This document shows positions 35,206 to 37,437 of a DNA stretch of 37,437 nt, piece after piece. The notes beneath the pieces were generated by a model. It was not told where the DNA came from, did not search any database, and worked only from the letters and a program-made list of their open reading frames with translations. Numbering within the stretch: the first letter of the stretch is position 1; every line of letters starts with the position of its first letter. The translations under genes were made by a program, and so were the position numbers. Origin of the DNA: a virus (lineage: Duplodnaviria > Caudoviricetes); IMG/VR virus record IMGVR_UViG_3300030372_001846, positions 1 through 37,437 of that record; one strand, given 5' to 3'.

Positions 35206-35581
35206 TTACAACATTAGAATTAATAGACCTTCTTTGTGTAGCTATTGTTTAGCTCCATCTAAAGGGTACTTGTTACACTTAGGGGGTCGTTGGTATGGTT
35301 GTTGCAGTATGGAACATCAGAGCAAACTTAAAGAAAAAATACAACGAGGAGACAAATTGCCAAACACATCTATCACAAGCGAACAGGGAGTAGATTACGC
35401 TGTTACTAATACAGGTGATACTTTTATGCAATTAGCAAAGAAAGAAAACACACCAAACATGCTTAAGTGGGATAGAACAAGTCGTCTGGCATTGTTTGGT
35501 AGGGCGATAAGGGAATATATGAATCACCAATCGGCACTAGCAAGTGAAGGACTTCTCGATACGAGAAGTTCGGATGACTGA
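35186..35581 (+). CDS. Hypothetical protein with a putative Zn-binding motif
   Basis: CSYC-x17-CCSMEH; ATG at 35186 is the likely start. Confidence 0.6.
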   Translation: MKQYLSDYNIRINRPSLCSYCLAPSKGYLLHLGGRWYGCCSMEHQSKLKEKIQRGDKLPNTSITSEQGVDYAVTNTGDTFMQLAKKENTPNMLKWDRTSRLALFGRAIREYMNHQSALASEGLLDTRSSDD

Positions 35582-37412
35582 TCTCACTGAAATATTAGGA
35601 AGCGAAGGCTTAGTCTTAGATCAAAACTTTGCATTTAAGGGCAAAGGTAAATCTGTTGATGATTGCATTGCACAAATGCAAGCCGATGGATTACGAGTTG
35701 ATTTTATTAACAACTCTGGTGAACTGGTTAGGGTATCTGTTGGCGCTTCTTTAAATACCAGGCCAGACAAATTTAATGAAAAATCTGGTTGGTATGTCTT
35801 TAATGAAAACAATAAATTGGGCTGGGCGACATGGGGTAATTGGAGAACAGGCATACAGGGGAAATGGTCTTCTGTTGATGTAAATACTTTATCGTCTGCT
35901 GACAAACAACGGCTAAAAACCGAATTGGATAAGGCTGTACAAAAAAGGGAAGAAGATAAAAAGACCAGACAACAAGAGGTTGCTGATGAAGTTAAAGAAA
36001 GGTTTGGCTCGTTGCAATATGTTACTCAGCATCAGTATTTGGATGTTAAAAAAGTTAATAAAAATTTAGGGTTGAAGGAATTAAACGGCAATTTAATAGT
36101 TCCCATTTATTCTACAAGAAACGAATTGCGTTCTCTACAGTACATTAGTAAAAAGGGTGAAAAAAGATTCGTTTCTGCCTCAGAAGTATCTGGAAATGTA
36201 TTTCCGATTGGTTTTTCTTTAGACCGATTGGCCGATTTAGAAACTGTAGTTATTTGTGAAGGCGTTGCTACAGGTAGTTCTATTAATGAAGCGACCAATA
36301 TTCCAGTTTTGGTTGTGTTCTCGGCTATGTTTGGAATGAAAGCGATAGAGAATATACGCAAGATCGCTAATGCAAAGATTTATATTTGTTTTGATAATGA
36401 TAAAAGTGGGGTTGGTCAGCAAAAAGCAAAAGAATGTGCTACTGCATTTTCTAATTGCTTAATTAGACTGCCTTCGGATGTAGGTGATTTTAATGATCTA
36501 CATTTAGAACAAGGATTAGAAGCTGTAAAGCTAGAAATAGAAAGTAGCGGAATCGGTATAAGATCGTTTGCTGTAAGAAATTTGGTCGGACCTCCTCCCG
36601 TCCAACAATTTCTGGTAGATGGTCTTATACCACTTGGAGTTAATGGAATTTTAGGAGCTATAGGGGGTATAGGAAAGAGTATGACCTGTTTAGATTTAGC
36701 ATTAAAAATAAGCAATGGACAGGGCAAGTTTTGGGGTAAGGAAATATTACAAACGGGGTCATGTGCAATATTTAGCTCCGAAGATTCAAAAGATGAAGTA
36801 CATAGACGTCTTGAGGCACTTGACCCAGGGGGTGCTAGGTTTAATTCTGTCTATGATGTTTATGTAGTAACCATTCCAGATTTAGGGAAACCATTAATTT
36901 TATTAGACGAAGACAATATTAATGCTGTAGCCAAAGAGTTAGTAGAAGAAATTAAAACCATACCCGATTTAGCTTTAACTGTTTTTGACCCACTTCAATC
37001 ATTTGTTGGAGCTAGTTCACCAATTAGCAGTAGTAATGAGTCAGCGCAATTATGGGGTTCTTTTACTGCTGGAATATCAGCACAAACAGGGGCAACAACA
37101 CTAAGCGTACATCATATGTCTAAAGATGCACTTACAGGAACAGAATCAAGTATTGATAGTTTGAGACAGTTAAGGGGCGCTAGTGCTATTTCTGATTCAT
37201 CTAGGTTTGTTATTAGTATGTGGTTAAGTAGTGATTGGGAAGAAGTTTGTATAGAGCAAGGAGAAGAACCACATCAAAGAAAAGTGGTTAATGCCAGCTT
37301 AGTTAAATCAAATAGTGGTGATGTAGATACGTCCGTTATGACGTTGTTTAGAAAAGATGGCTCTCCTGTGTTGGATGTATTGGAGAAGGATTCAAAAGTA
37401 AAATGGGAATAA
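35574..37412 (+). CDS. Primase-helicase (TOPRIM + RepA/AAA_25 helicase, allele B)
   Basis: SLQYI...G.KRF, ICEG.ATG, CFDND, DFNDL TOPRIM motifs; GGIGKS, SSED, VFDP, LRGASA helicase motifs. Confidence 0.93.
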   Translation: MTDLTEILGSEGLVLDQNFAFKGKGKSVDDCIAQMQADGLRVDFINNSGELVRVSVGASLNTRPDKFNEKSGWYVFNENNKLGWATWGNWRTGIQGKWSSVDVNTLSSADKQRLKTELDKAVQKREEDKKTRQQEVADEVKERFGSLQYVTQHQYLDVKKVNKNLGLKELNGNLIVPIYSTRNELRSLQYISKKGEKRFVSASEVSGNVFPIGFSLDRLADLETVVICEGVATGSSINEATNIPVLVVFSAMFGMKAIENIRKIANAKIYICFDNDKSGVGQQKAKECATAFSNCLIRLPSDVGDFNDLHLEQGLEAVKLEIESSGIGIRSFAVRNLVGPPPVQQFLVDGLIPLGVNGILGAIGGIGKSMTCLDLALKISNGQGKFWGKEILQTGSCAIFSSEDSKDEVHRRLEALDPGGARFNSVYDVYVVTIPDLGKPLILLDEDNINAVAKELVEEIKTIPDLALTVFDPLQSFVGASSPISSSNESAQLWGSFTAGISAQTGATTLSVHHMSKDALTGTESSIDSLRQLRGASAISDSSRFVISMWLSSDWEEVCIEQGEEPHQRKVVNASLVKSNSGDVDTSVMTLFRKDGSPVLDVLEKDSKVKWE

Positions 37413-37437
37413 TATGAGCAAAGGAGACTGGCAAAGA
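36444..37437 (+). repeat. Right copy of 994-bp imperfect terminal direct repeat
   Basis: Colinear with 1-994. Confidence 0.95.

Larger units (their letters stand above)
1..37437. mobile_element. Near-complete temperate podovirus-like phage genome, excised (attP) form
   Basis: Terminase, portal, capsid, tail fibre, lysis, integrase, attP and replication genes are present. No flanking host operons. The ends overlap (1-994 vs 36444-37437). Confidence 0.95.

Noticed and set aside
36444-37437. Diversity-generating retroelement TR/VR pair, or a genuine second helicase gene
   Set aside because: No reverse transcriptase, and the differences are not adenine-specific. Both copies share the same upstream and downstream flanks, so they represent one locus.

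Overview
The window is essentially one complete, AT-rich, temperate tailed-phage genome. The unit length is about 36,443 bp plus a 994-bp terminal overlap. The architecture is podovirus-like: no tape measure, DNA polymerase or RNA polymerase is recognisable. Gene order: helicase end / iteron origin; two HTH genes; a leftward cluster of small ORFs; TerS-like gene; PAPS-reductase-family gene; TerL; portal; lysis region; scaffold; major capsid; adaptor; S74-chaperone tail fibre; tail and ejection proteins; attP (3' half of tRNA-Pro TGG) with a tyrosine integrase; Xis-like HTH; exonuclease / Sak4-like / SSB-like genes; primase-helicase. The most striking element is a tightly overlapping 5-gene cassette inside the lysis region: CsgF, CsgG, a secreted curlin-like beta-repeat protein, a FecR-domain protein and a CHASE2 class III cyclase. 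It reads like a phage-borne trans-envelope signalling circuit built on a curli (type VIII) secretion pore. Also notable: the two contig ends carry divergent, mosaic alleles of the same helicase domain; the attP site shows readable arm-type and phased repeats; and several micro-ORFs are missed by the ORF track. All family assignments are from motif recognition by eye, not database searches.
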